Source: a virus (Duplodnaviria > Caudoviricetes). From it: a stretch of DNA of 64,000 nt. The notes under the pieces are model-generated. The model was not told the DNA's origin. It ran no database searches and saw nothing but the letters and a program-made list of their open reading frames with translations. Shown piece by piece: positions 49,898 through 59,694 of this stretch. The DNA lies in IMG/VR virus record IMGVR_UViG_3300026546_000001, positions 1 through 64,000 of that record; one strand, written 5' to 3'. The translations under genes were made by a program, and so were the position numbers. Each line of letters begins with the position of its first letter. The stretch's first letter is position 1.

Positions 49898-50758
49898 TTA
49901 TAATTTACTATGATATTCATCAAGTATTTTTTGTTCATCTTTCGTTAAAGATTTAATTCCTCTTTTATTTATTTTATCTAATATTTTATCTATTCTATAT
50001 TGTAATGGTACATCTCGTTCTATAGGTTTAACGTTATTAGTTAATAACCTATATTTTTTTGACTTAAATTTAGATAAATCTATATTTTTATTAACACCAG
50101 TTTTATGCAATATTTTTGTAAATGGCATAAGTATATCACGAAATCTTAATCGATAATATGCGTATATTAATCCAAATAAACCACCACCCAAATGTGAAAT
50201 TTTACCAGCAGTATTACTTTTAAAATCTATTATAACACCTAAAACAACTAATATTATAGCGATCCATTTTAATTTAACTGGACCAAATATAAATAAATTT
50301 ACAGTATAATTTGGTCTATAATATGCAGTTGCAACCATTATAGCATATATTGATCCACTAGCACCTAATAATACGCCACCACTGTTAAAAAATAATATTG
50401 TTAATAATGCAGCTGATATTCCACCTACAATATAAATACTTAATGTTGTTGTTTTATCAAAAAATAATTGTGTAAGTCGCCCAAACAACCATAAAATTAT
50501 CATATTATTAAACAAATGCCAAAAACTTAAATGTAAAAATTGATATGTTAAAAACGTCCAAATTTTACTAAATGCAGATGTTGAAAGTGGTAATGCTATA
50601 TAATTTGCAAAAAAACTTCCTAAATTAAAAAAATTAACTGATATATTAGCAAATAAAAATATTATTGTATTAACAATAATAAGTTTAATATACATATCAT
50701 TTATAGTTGTTGGTCGATATGATTTTTGAACATTTCTATTATAATATAGTCCTCTCAT
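49898..50758 (-). CDS. Rhomboid family intramembrane serine protease with Bacteroidota-type C-terminal domain
   Basis: WTFLTYQFLH..FWHLFNNM, LLGASG (catalytic Ser), SHLGG (catalytic His), C-terminal IDKILDKINKRGIKSLTKDEQKIL. Confidence 0.93.
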   Translation of the reverse strand: MRGLYYNRNVQKSYRPTTINDMYIKLIIVNTIIFLFANISVNFFNLGSFFANYIALPLSTSAFSKIWTFLTYQFLHLSFWHLFNNMIILWLFGRLTQLFFDKTTTLSIYIVGGISAALLTILFFNSGGVLLGASGSIYAIMVATAYYRPNYTVNLFIFGPVKLKWIAIILVVLGVIIDFKSNTAGKISHLGGGLFGLIYAYYRLRFRDILMPFTKILHKTGVNKNIDLSKFKSKKYRLLTNNVKPIERDVPLQYRIDKILDKINKRGIKSLTKDEQKILDEYHSKL

Positions 50759-50784
50759 AATATTAAGTTTTATAAATTACAGGA

Positions 50785-50792
50785 CAAATATA
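50785..50792 (-). promoter_or_regulatory. Bacteroidota-type -7 element TATATTTG
   Basis: caaatata on + strand, 26 nt upstream of the rhomboid ATG. Confidence 0.6.
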
Positions 50793-50816
50793 ATAAAAAT
50801 AACTAAAATAAAAAAA

Positions 50817-51281
50817 TTATAATGATATAATAAAAACAATCATATCCTTTAATTCTTCTGCTATTATATTTTGTATTATATTCCAATCACCACCAGCTAA
50901 ACCAGATCCAATTTTAGGTAATCCAATTTTTTTATGTGGATATTTAAAATTTATTTTTCTTAAACATAATCTTAATGCGTCATAATCAACATAACGAATA
51001 TTATTACGTCCATAATTATACTGAATATAACAATTAATAACTATAACTTTTTTACCATTAACACTATCAACGTTTGCATATGTATAATTACCTAATTTAT
51101 TATAATCACCTGGAATAGTTTTTAAATCTGCTTCATACACGCTAGGATATTCTTTAGATATTTGCGCAGCTAAACCAGATTTCATTTTACAAAAACAATT
51201 GCAACCATGTACAACAATATCAAACGTTCCGTATTTAATATGTGTAATTATATCTCCTTTTATATTTACCAAATTTCCCAT
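50817..51281 (-). CDS. Macrodomain ADP-ribose hydrolase (T4 tk.4-like / TARG1-DarG-like)
   Basis: IKGDI, VHGCNCFCKMKSGLAAQI, INCYIQYNYG, PKIGSGLAGGDW. Confidence 0.92.
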   Translation of the reverse strand: MGNLVNIKGDIITHIKYGTFDIVVHGCNCFCKMKSGLAAQISKEYPSVYEADLKTIPGDYNKLGNYTYANVDSVNGKKVIVINCYIQYNYGRNNIRYVDYDALRLCLRKINFKYPHKKIGLPKIGSGLAGGDWNIIQNIIAEELKDMIVFIISL

Positions 51282-51469
51282 AAATAATTAACATTTTTAT
51301 AATTAAAACCAGATTTAAATTCATCAACCCACTTACCAATTAATATTCCAAATTCATATGGATAAACTAATATTAATAAAAAAACAATAATTAAAAATAT
51401 TATTAATAATATTTTAGGCCATTTTCGTTTATATGGTAACATTTCTGTAGATACTTTTATATTATTCAT
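51266..51469 (-). CDS. Small single-pass membrane protein
   Basis: ILLIIFLIIVFLLILVY; overlaps both neighbours. Confidence 0.65.
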   Translation of the reverse strand: MNNIKVSTEMLPYKRKWPKILLIIFLIIVFLLILVYPYEFGILIGKWVDEFKSGFNYKNVNYLWEIW

Positions 51470-53207
51470 TTTCTATAAAAAACAATTTTCTTTTACTTTT
51501 ATTTACATGTAAAACTTTAAGTTTTACAAAATCACCAATTTTATATTTTTTCTTACTATTTTTAAATTTAAGAACACCATTTATTAAATATTCACTACGT
51601 ATTTTATATTCATTATTTTTTATTGATATTATTTGTCCATTAACTTTAACATCATTATATTCCAAATATTTAAATGTTTGATAATAAAATAATTTATTTT
51701 CAATTTTACTAATTAATAGTTCTTTTGAATTTATATGTTTAATAATATTATTTTGTATTTTAATAGGTTTTTTATTATATAAAATAGCATTTAACATTCT
51801 ATGAACTAATATATCAGTGTATCGTCTTATTGGACTTGTAAAATGAGTATAATATGATCTGTTTAATGCAAAATGACCATTATCAGATAATGAATAATAT
51901 GCTTTTTGTTGAATACTTAATAAATAATAACTAATTAAATATTTATATTTTAAATCTTTTTCTAATAATAAATCATAAATTTCATTAAATGTATCTTCAT
52001 TTTTAAATTCATAACCTATTTTTTTAAGTTCTTCTTTTAAAATATTAAGTTTTTTATTATTAGGAGAATTATGAATTCGTAATAAATTATGTTCATAATA
52101 TTTTGATAAATGTGTCGCAATATATGTATTAGTTAAAATCATTAATTCTTCAATAATTTTTTCAGCATCGCCTTTTTCTTTTAATATTGGAACATATTTA
52201 TTATCATCGTCGAGTTCTAATTTTAATTTTGGTTCTAATATTTTTAATCTTTTATTTTTAACTATATTATCTACTATTGTTTTAATATTATTAAAATATT
52301 CAAAATCTTCATGGTTATCATCCTTTAATATTTTATTTACCTGATTATATGATAAATTTTGTATTACATTTATTGCTGATTTTTTAATTTCATAATCTAT
52401 AATATTATAATCTAAATTTATTTTAAATAATACGGATATAGTTAATTTTAATTCATTTTCCTTTAATGAACAAATACCATTACTTAATTTGTGTGGTAAC
52501 ATTGGAACTAAAGCATTAGGAAAATATAATGTAAAACTACGTCTGAACGCTTCTAGATCAACTAAACTATGTTCAGTTATAAATTCAGTGACATCAGAAA
52601 TATGTACGCCTAAAACGTATTCTGTACCATTAAATTCTAAAGATATTGCGTCATCAAAATCTCTACTATTTTTAGGATCAATAGTATAACACTTTAAATG
52701 AGTTAAATCTATTCTATGTTTTAAATGTTTTGTTGATATTTTAATATCTTCAATTTCATTTATGATATTTTCTGAAAATTTAAACGGTAAAAATTTTTTA
52801 AATATTTGACGTTCAGATTCATTAGATTTTGATAATATATTTACAATTTTACCATATGGTAATCGTTGACCTTCTTCCCACTTATAAAATTCTACTTCAA
52901 CAATATCACCATGTCTTGCACCATTCATTTGTTTATGATTTATAATAAAATCAGTATATGATTGTTGTCCTTTAGTTAATACAAATCCAGTTTTATTAAC
53001 ATATTCATATAATCCAACATATTTACATGTAGAACGATTTAATATTTTAGATACACGTGTTTTTCGTCTAACGACTGTAAGTTGCACTTTATCATTAAAT
53101 AAAGCACCATTTAAATTTTCATTTTTTATTTTATAACGTTTTCCTTCGTCAGATATTAATAATGACCATTTATCACTTATATATGTAATTGTTCCAATTA
53201 TTTGCAT
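51462..53207 (-). CDS. rnr: Ribonuclease R (RNase II/RNB family)
   Basis: Cold-shock-like N-terminus (NGALFND, GARHGDIV), TIDPKNSRDFDDAIS, VPMLPHKLSNGICSL, IEELMILTN, HFALN..YTHFTSPIRRYTDILVHR, S1-like end. Confidence 0.93.
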   Translation of the reverse strand: MQIIGTITYISDKWSLLISDEGKRYKIKNENLNGALFNDKVQLTVVRRKTRVSKILNRSTCKYVGLYEYVNKTGFVLTKGQQSYTDFIINHKQMNGARHGDIVEVEFYKWEEGQRLPYGKIVNILSKSNESERQIFKKFLPFKFSENIINEIEDIKISTKHLKHRIDLTHLKCYTIDPKNSRDFDDAISLEFNGTEYVLGVHISDVTEFITEHSLVDLEAFRRSFTLYFPNALVPMLPHKLSNGICSLKENELKLTISVLFKINLDYNIIDYEIKKSAINVIQNLSYNQVNKILKDDNHEDFEYFNNIKTIVDNIVKNKRLKILEPKLKLELDDDNKYVPILKEKGDAEKIIEELMILTNTYIATHLSKYYEHNLLRIHNSPNNKKLNILKEELKKIGYEFKNEDTFNEIYDLLLEKDLKYKYLISYYLLSIQQKAYYSLSDNGHFALNRSYYTHFTSPIRRYTDILVHRMLNAILYNKKPIKIQNNIIKHINSKELLISKIENKLFYYQTFKYLEYNDVKVNGQIISIKNNEYKIRSEYLINGVLKFKNSKKKYKIGDFVKLKVLHVNKSKRKLFFIENE

Positions 53208-53701
53208 TATAAATCTTCAATTGTATTTATATGTTCATTGTTATATGAAAATTGTTCCATTTTTTTAACAAATGTATTAAAATAATAATCACTATTATAA
53301 TTATATCTAAAAATATACAAACTAAATAATTTTTGTTTAAACATCTTAAAATCTACACTAGAAATTTTAATCATACGCCAAAATTTATTTTCAACATTTG
53401 AATTATTTTTATCATTATAATAATAAGGTAATATTACAATTGTACATACATAAAAACTTTTATCATAAAATAAATTAAATTTAGCAGTAACGTCATATTG
53501 TTTAATTAAATCATTTGAATACATTAATGGTTCTAATGATGCAATATGTGCATTTGGTTTTTCATCAACATTTTCAATTGTAAACCTAATTTCAAATCTA
53601 TTTTCATGTTCAAATGTAACATCAAAATAATTAAAATTAGTTCTATCATTTAATATATTATGTAATATCTCTATAATTTGTTCATCTAATTTATTATTCA
53701 T
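53207..53701 (-). CDS. Hypothetical protein
   Basis: ORF track; coupled to both neighbours. Confidence 0.65.
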   Translation of the reverse strand: MNNKLDEQIIEILHNILNDRTNFNYFDVTFEHENRFEIRFTIENVDEKPNAHIASLEPLMYSNDLIKQYDVTAKFNLFYDKSFYVCTIVILPYYYNDKNNSNVENKFWRMIKISSVDFKMFKQKLFSLYIFRYNYNSDYYFNTFVKKMEQFSYNNEHINTIEDL

Positions 53702-55041
53702 AATTTTTCATTTAATTCATTTAAATCATCAATATACATTTGTTTTGGAACTAACTTTTTAATTTTATTTAATTCCTTAGTTTTTGTTTTAATTAAATTT
53801 TGTAATTCCGTGTATTTTTCATATGTTAAACTATTTATATTCATATTTAGTAAATAGTTATATGAATCTTGATACATTTCAATTTTTAATTTAACTAAAT
53901 CTTTTTCAATAACTAATCTTTTACGTTTTGTTACAATTAATTTACCATCTACAATAGCTTTAATAAATTTAGCTTTATTACTTAAAACAAATAAATCATG
54001 TTCTAATTTATCAATCATATATTGTTTTCGTAACTCATAAAAATTCAACCTAAAATCTACAAAATATTTTATAATATCTTCAGCTGATTCAAATATTTTT
54101 AATTTACCATTTTCATCTAATGTATTATAATCTTCAGTATATGATTCTGATAACTTAAATAATTTAATAATATCTTCTTCTGTCAATGATCTTAATGTTT
54201 GTCTATTAAATTTTATAACATACTCTATATAATCTTTTGAATTATCATCATAAGATACTATTGTTTTATTTGTTACTAAATTTTCTAATATATTTTCAAA
54301 TTTTTCAAATGTCATTGATGGTGACAATTCAGTTATTTTTAATGTTGTAGTATTAACTTTTTCAAATGTTCCAGCAGCGACCCACTTTTTTGGATTATTT
54401 TTATCCTTAATAAATTTACCATTAAAAAACTTCATCTTAGGTTTAATTGTTCTAAGTGGTTTATCGTTTAAATAATTTAAGCATTGTTTTATTACATCTT
54501 TTGGATCTCTTAATAAAATATTTGCCGCATATCCAACTGCTATACCTTTTGATCCATTTACAAGTATCATAGGAATTATAGGAAGAAAATATTTAGGTTC
54601 AATTTTAGTTCCTTCTTCTTCTTTTAATTCTAATAATTCAAAATCTTTATAAACTAATCTAAAATTTTTATGAAGTTTTGTTGAAATATATCTTGGAGCT
54701 CCTGCATCTGGTGCTCGTAATGATCCAAATTGACCAATTTCTTCTAATAGCGGTAAGTTATTTTTAAAATGTTGAGCCATGTTTATAATAGCTGAATACA
54801 ACCCAGCATCACCATGGTGATAGTATACATCATGCGCTATTTTACCTCCCAATTGAAAAATTTTCATTGGTTTTTCATTTCCAGTTTTCCAAATTTTGCT
54901 AGCTACATGTATTATTTTACGTTGTGTTGGTTTTAATCCATCTATAACACTTGATAGTGCTCGTGACTCAATAACATACATTGCATAATTTGTATATTCA
55001 TTATTTAAATATTCGCTTATAGTTCTAGTTTTTCCTATCAT
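53698..55041 (-). CDS. gp52: Type IIA DNA topoisomerase, breakage-reunion subunit (T4 gp52-like)
   Basis: RALSSVIDGLKPTQRK, YHHGD, GQFGS, GAPRYI (catalytic Tyr), EPKYFLPIIPMILVNGSKGIAVG. Confidence 0.95.
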   Translation of the reverse strand: MIGKTRTISEYLNNEYTNYAMYVIESRALSSVIDGLKPTQRKIIHVASKIWKTGNEKPMKIFQLGGKIAHDVYYHHGDAGLYSAIINMAQHFKNNLPLLEEIGQFGSLRAPDAGAPRYISTKLHKNFRLVYKDFELLELKEEEGTKIEPKYFLPIIPMILVNGSKGIAVGYAANILLRDPKDVIKQCLNYLNDKPLRTIKPKMKFFNGKFIKDKNNPKKWVAAGTFEKVNTTTLKITELSPSMTFEKFENILENLVTNKTIVSYDDNSKDYIEYVIKFNRQTLRSLTEEDIIKLFKLSESYTEDYNTLDENGKLKIFESAEDIIKYFVDFRLNFYELRKQYMIDKLEHDLFVLSNKAKFIKAIVDGKLIVTKRKRLVIEKDLVKLKIEMYQDSYNYLLNMNINSLTYEKYTELQNLIKTKTKELNKIKKLVPKQMYIDDLNELNEKL

Positions 55042-55742
55042 GTTGTTAATACATTTATCATTTTTTTACTATATGCTTCTTCTAAGTCAGTAATATTTTT
55101 AATAGTATATTCTGAATTATATAACATTGGTATTATATGTATTTTATATTCATTAAAATCATTAAAGTTTATATTTTGTCTTAATGAACCATTAATGTAT
55201 TTTGGATACCACGTATTTTCAGTATATAATTTTGAATAATCATAAATAAAAAGTCTTGTTGCTCTATTACTAGGAACAAACACGTCTTTTATTTTAGTAT
55301 GTTCTGTTCTAACTAAAATTTTTTCTTTATCAAATATAATATATTCATTAACTTTTATATTTTCAGGATTAAATATTAAATACATTCCAACTTTTTTAAA
55401 ATTAATATTTTTATTTATTTTAAGTTTTTTAACTACTGCATGATATGAATTTAAAATTTGTCCAAGATGATGAAATATTAAAATATTTTTATCTTTAACA
55501 ATATAAAATCTACCAATTGATATTTCTTTTTTATTAATACGCGTTCTTAATGTTCTTGGATGTGTTCTATAATCAGAAAAAATCAGTCTTTTATTTTTAA
55601 TATTATCATTTATACCATCTTCAATATTTGATTCTAATATATCATAAGAATATAAATAATATTTAGATGACCGTCTTTTTTTATAATCCTCACGAGCTGC
55701 TTCAAGTATAATGTTACTAACTAAATCAATTAATTCGTTCAT
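55038..55742 (-). CDS. Hypothetical protein, paralog of 55744-56460
   Basis: Shares IGxFY, VPSNRxTRxF, YP.yIN, IPMLYN and EExYS with its neighbour. Confidence 0.75.
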   Translation of the reverse strand: MNELIDLVSNIILEAAREDYKKRRSSKYYLYSYDILESNIEDGINDNIKNKRLIFSDYRTHPRTLRTRINKKEISIGRFYIVKDKNILIFHHLGQILNSYHAVVKKLKINKNINFKKVGMYLIFNPENIKVNEYIIFDKEKILVRTEHTKIKDVFVPSNRATRLFIYDYSKLYTENTWYPKYINGSLRQNINFNDFNEYKIHIIPMLYNSEYTIKNITDLEEAYSKKMINVLTT

Positions 55743-55743
55743 A

Positions 55744-56460
55744 TTATGATGTTAAATTTTTTACTAATAATTGAGAATAATGTTCTTCTACATCCTTTAT
55801 TGTTTTATGTTGTGGTTGTATGTTATATAACATTGGTATTAAATCTAAATTATGTTGTATTATATTATTTTTTATCATTTCTGAATAAACACTTTCATTT
55901 ATTATTATAGGATAACGATGAGATTCTGCATACAAATAGTTGTAAGATAATACAAATATTCTAGTAGATCTATTACTTGGAACATACATTGTTTTTATTT
56001 GTGTATATGGTGACTTTATAACATATCGTTTATTTGAAAGTTCTACAGGTTTATTAATTTTTATTGAATTTTTTTCTTTTTCAAATATTATAAATGGCCC
56101 AGCATGTTTATGATCATATGATGAATCATTAATAAATCTTTTTATTGCAACATACATTGAAAAATCAGGATAAATATGATTATATACTAAAATTTCTTTA
56201 TATAAATAAAAAATACCAATAGTCATATTTTTTTTATATTTATACATTGCATTTATTGCAGAATTTAATTTATAAAAATCTGCTTTTATTTCATATCGTT
56301 TATAATATTTAAATTCAATTGGATTAATGTCTCTAATTATTTTGCAATATCTATGAACATTTTGTTCCTGCATTTTATGTGTAATTGCAAGTTCAATTAT
56401 TATATTTAATTCGTCCATTAAATCTTCTAAATTAAAGTCATTAACAAAACCTAAATTCAT
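55744..56460 (-). CDS. Hypothetical protein, paralog of 55038-55742
   Basis: Same shared motifs. Confidence 0.75.
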   Translation of the reverse strand: MNLGFVNDFNLEDLMDELNIIIELAITHKMQEQNVHRYCKIIRDINPIEFKYYKRYEIKADFYKLNSAINAMYKYKKNMTIGIFYLYKEILVYNHIYPDFSMYVAIKRFINDSSYDHKHAGPFIIFEKEKNSIKINKPVELSNKRYVIKSPYTQIKTMYVPSNRSTRIFVLSYNYLYAESHRYPIIINESVYSEMIKNNIIQHNLDLIPMLYNIQPQHKTIKDVEEHYSQLLVKNLTS

Positions 56461-58316
56461 GTTAATAATTTTTCCTTTCTTAATTTACTATTATTGCCAA
56501 ACCAACATGATAAATTTTCTTTAGTGTCATTGTCAATTTTTATTTCAACTGCATATGGATTTCTAATCATGTCTTTATATTCAACATCTTCCAAACTTGC
56601 TAAACCTTTTTTATATTCTAAATTCCATTTACTTAAATCTGTTTTCTGTGCCCACTTTTCAAAATCATGCTCATTATAAAAATATTTAACTCTTTTACCA
56701 TTTTTTGCAACCATTAATGGCGTATAAACTTTATAAATTCTTTTTTGTTCAAATAATTCAGGCCAAAATTTATAAAAGAAATTTATTAATAACGCTGAAA
56801 TAGCATCACCATCAACATCTGCGTCAGCTGTAATATAAATCTTTTTATATCTTAATTCTTCTTCATTTACTTCTTGTCCAATATGCAATCCTATAGATGC
56901 TATTAAATTTTTTGCTTCTTCATTTTCAATAACTTTAGAAGCTTTTATTTCTGATACATTTATAAATTTTCCTTTAAGTGGAAATGCACCTTGCGTTTGA
57001 GGATCTCTAAATTTTCTAAAACTTGATAATGCAGATAATCCTTCAAATATAAATAATTCTTTATCAGTGTTTTTAGTAGATTTAGCATCAATTAATTTTG
57101 CAACTTTAATCTTTTTTAATTTCTTACTTTGTCTATTTAATTCTTGTAATTCTCTTGCTTCAATCCAATCTATAATTGTTTGACAAATATCAGATTTTAC
57201 AATTTTTTTAATAAATTGATCTTTAAATTCTAAATCTAATATTTCTTTTGTTATTGTTGTTGTTAAATATTCCTTTGTCTGTGTGTCAAATGTTGGATTT
57301 GGAACTTTAGCAATTACAAATAGAAATAAATTACTTTTTACATTATTCCAAGTAAATTTTAATTTTTTATGTTTTTTAGCTAATTGTTCATATACAATTT
57401 TTGATAATTCCATTGATATTTTGTTAATATGCGTTCCACCTCTATGAGTTGAAATACCATTAACAACACTAATTTGATCAAAAATTGAATCACTTGATTT
57501 AGCAACACCAATTTCCCAATTTTTATCTAATTTATCATAATAAAAATCAGTTTCATCTTCTAAATGCATTGTCATCCAATCTTTAATACTTTTAATTGGA
57601 ATAACTTTACCATTATAACTAACTTGAACTGCTGGACAATAAGCAGCAACATCTATTATACGTTTCAATAATATTGATAATGTATCATCATCTAATTCTG
57701 TCATTTCAAATTTTTCCCAATCAGGCCAATACTTAACTTTTGTATAATTTCTATTTGTTTCAGATATACTTGGACGACCTTTTTTACGAGGATGCATATT
57801 TTGTTGAAATGATTGTCTATATTTATGAATACCATCTGCTGTTTCAACAATAAATTTAGTAGAAAATATATTTGTTAATTTTGCTCCTAATCCATTTCGT
57901 CCTCCACCAAAACGAACTTCATCATCATTAAAATTTGATCCAGCTAATAAATGACCAAATATCAATTCTGGTATATAAACACGTTCTTTTTTATGTTTTT
58001 TAATTGGAATACCTTGACCGTCATTATATACTTCAAATTTTTCACCATCAAACGTAATCTTAATTTTTTTAACAGACTTAGTTCTCCAATAATGATCAGA
58101 TGCATTTGTTAATATTTCATCAAATATCTTAATAAATGCTGGTGTATATTTAACAGATTTTTTAACAATTTTAATATTATTAAGATCACGTGGATTTTCT
58201 AAAACCCACATATCTGTTATAATTGGTTTAACACTTCCAACATATGTATCAGGTCTTTTTAAAACGTGTTCTCGTTGAGTTAATTTTTGATATGTTTGTT
58301 CTAATGTACTTGGCAC
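56457..58316 (-). CDS. gp39: Type IIA DNA topoisomerase, ATPase + TOPRIM subunit (T4 gp39+gp60-like)
   Basis: EHVLKRPDTYVGS, KIFDEILTNASD, NDGQGIP, GGRNGLGAKLTN, GGTH, FEGLSA, PLKGKFIN, DADVDG, YKKGLAS. Confidence 0.95.
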   Translation of the reverse strand: MPSTLEQTYQKLTQREHVLKRPDTYVGSVKPIITDMWVLENPRDLNNIKIVKKSVKYTPAFIKIFDEILTNASDHYWRTKSVKKIKITFDGEKFEVYNDGQGIPIKKHKKERVYIPELIFGHLLAGSNFNDDEVRFGGGRNGLGAKLTNIFSTKFIVETADGIHKYRQSFQQNMHPRKKGRPSISETNRNYTKVKYWPDWEKFEMTELDDDTLSILLKRIIDVAAYCPAVQVSYNGKVIPIKSIKDWMTMHLEDETDFYYDKLDKNWEIGVAKSSDSIFDQISVVNGISTHRGGTHINKISMELSKIVYEQLAKKHKKLKFTWNNVKSNLFLFVIAKVPNPTFDTQTKEYLTTTITKEILDLEFKDQFIKKIVKSDICQTIIDWIEARELQELNRQSKKLKKIKVAKLIDAKSTKNTDKELFIFEGLSALSSFRKFRDPQTQGAFPLKGKFINVSEIKASKVIENEEAKNLIASIGLHIGQEVNEEELRYKKIYITADADVDGDAISALLINFFYKFWPELFEQKRIYKVYTPLMVAKNGKRVKYFYNEHDFEKWAQKTDLSKWNLEYKKGLASLEDVEYKDMIRNPYAVEIKIDNDTKENLSCWFGNNSKLRKEKLLT

Positions 58317-58402
58317 TATATTAATATTATTTTTTCAGTTTTTATATATAAACTAAAAATTAAAATAGTTTTAAAACATCTATTTTAACTTTACTTAATA
58401 AA

Positions 58403-58729
58403 ATGAAAAATATTAAATCTTTTAATGAATATATTAATCGTTCATATGTTTGGGAACCAATAAGAATACCTTCTGAAGAACGATATATGCCTGATGATGA
58501 AAATAAAAAATTATATCAAAAATCTGTTATTGAAGAAATATCAGAAATATTAAAAACTGTATATGAATTATCAGATAAAGAAATAATTAAAATTCAAAAA
58601 GATATATGGTCAAAATATTTTAAAGATTGGAAACATATTTTAGTTGATAGTATGGTAAATTGGGATACACCATCTCAATGTGCTCAAAAAATTATTAACG
58701 TTATAAAAACAAATTTTAATTTAACATGA
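58403..58729 (+). CDS. Hypothetical protein with capsid-targeting-like N-terminus
   Basis: MKNIKSFNEYIN. Confidence 0.7.
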   Translation: MKNIKSFNEYINRSYVWEPIRIPSEERYMPDDENKKLYQKSVIEEISEILKTVYELSDKEIIKIQKDIWSKYFKDWKHILVDSMVNWDTPSQCAQKIINVIKTNFNLT

Positions 58730-59694
58730 AACATTTAGATAAACTTAATGATTATGTAAATAAAAACAATATAAGTTATACAAGTAGTTATGCTATATAT
58801 GATGAAAAAAATATTAAAAATACACTTGAAAGTATATTTGAAGAATTAGCTAAAAAAAATGGTTATAAATATACAAGTTGTCCAAGTTATTCAGCACTTG
58901 TAAAAGATAATGAAGATTTAGATTATGATTTTGAATTTATTAAAAATAAATTAGAAGAGAAAAATTATAATTTAAATGATTTAAAAAATTATTTAGATAA
59001 AAACATAAAATTAAAAATTAAATTATCTGAATCTTGTGGTTATGCTGATTTACTGCTTTATAAATTATATGATGATCCAGATTATTTATATGGAATGAAT
59101 ATTGTTTATGATTTAATGGAATTTGATGATGAAGATGACAATAATGATAATACATTAAAATTAAAATATGAATATGGATGGCATACAAATAAATATGGAC
59201 AATTAGTGTTAAAACGAGATTTTGGATCTGTTGAAAATTTCATTAAAGAATATAAAGAAAAAGTATTACATGAAAATGAAGAAGTAAATAATGATCTTAT
59301 TACAAAATCTACATCAAATATTAAAATTCAATTTCATAATGAATACTATGATTCATTTAATAATATTCCACTTGAAACTTTAAATATTAATGAAATTTTA
59401 AATATTGTACAAAATTATAACAACAATAATATTAAAGAAATTGATATTTATATAGAAGGTTCAAAAAGTGTTGTAATTGAAATTGAAGATGTATCAAATC
59501 ATCTTGTTACGCTTGAATATTATAATAATCAATATAGTAATAAATATTTTAATATCTGTAATCAAAGCGCATCAGAAAAAACAAAAACAATATTAAAAAC
59601 TAAATATAATAATTATTCTTCACAAACAACAAAATTATTAAAATTTTTACTCGACAATTACGAACATTTTACATATATAAATTGTGATGAGTAA
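58726..59694 (+). CDS. Hypothetical protein with capsid-targeting-like N-terminus
   Basis: MKHLDKLNDYVN; ATGA overlap. Confidence 0.7.
   Translation: MKHLDKLNDYVNKNNISYTSSYAIYDEKNIKNTLESIFEELAKKNGYKYTSCPSYSALVKDNEDLDYDFEFIKNKLEEKNYNLNDLKNYLDKNIKLKIKLSESCGYADLLLYKLYDDPDYLYGMNIVYDLMEFDDEDDNNDNTLKLKYEYGWHTNKYGQLVLKRDFGSVENFIKEYKEKVLHENEEVNNDLITKSTSNIKIQFHNEYYDSFNNIPLETLNINEILNIVQNYNNNNIKEIDIYIEGSKSVVIEIEDVSNHLVTLEYYNNQYSNKYFNICNQSASEKTKTILKTKYNNYSSQTTKLLKFLLDNYEHFTYINCDE

Noticed and set aside
55038-56460. Homing endonucleases between the topoisomerase genes
   Set aside because: No HNH, GIY-YIG or LAGLIDADG signature could be seen.
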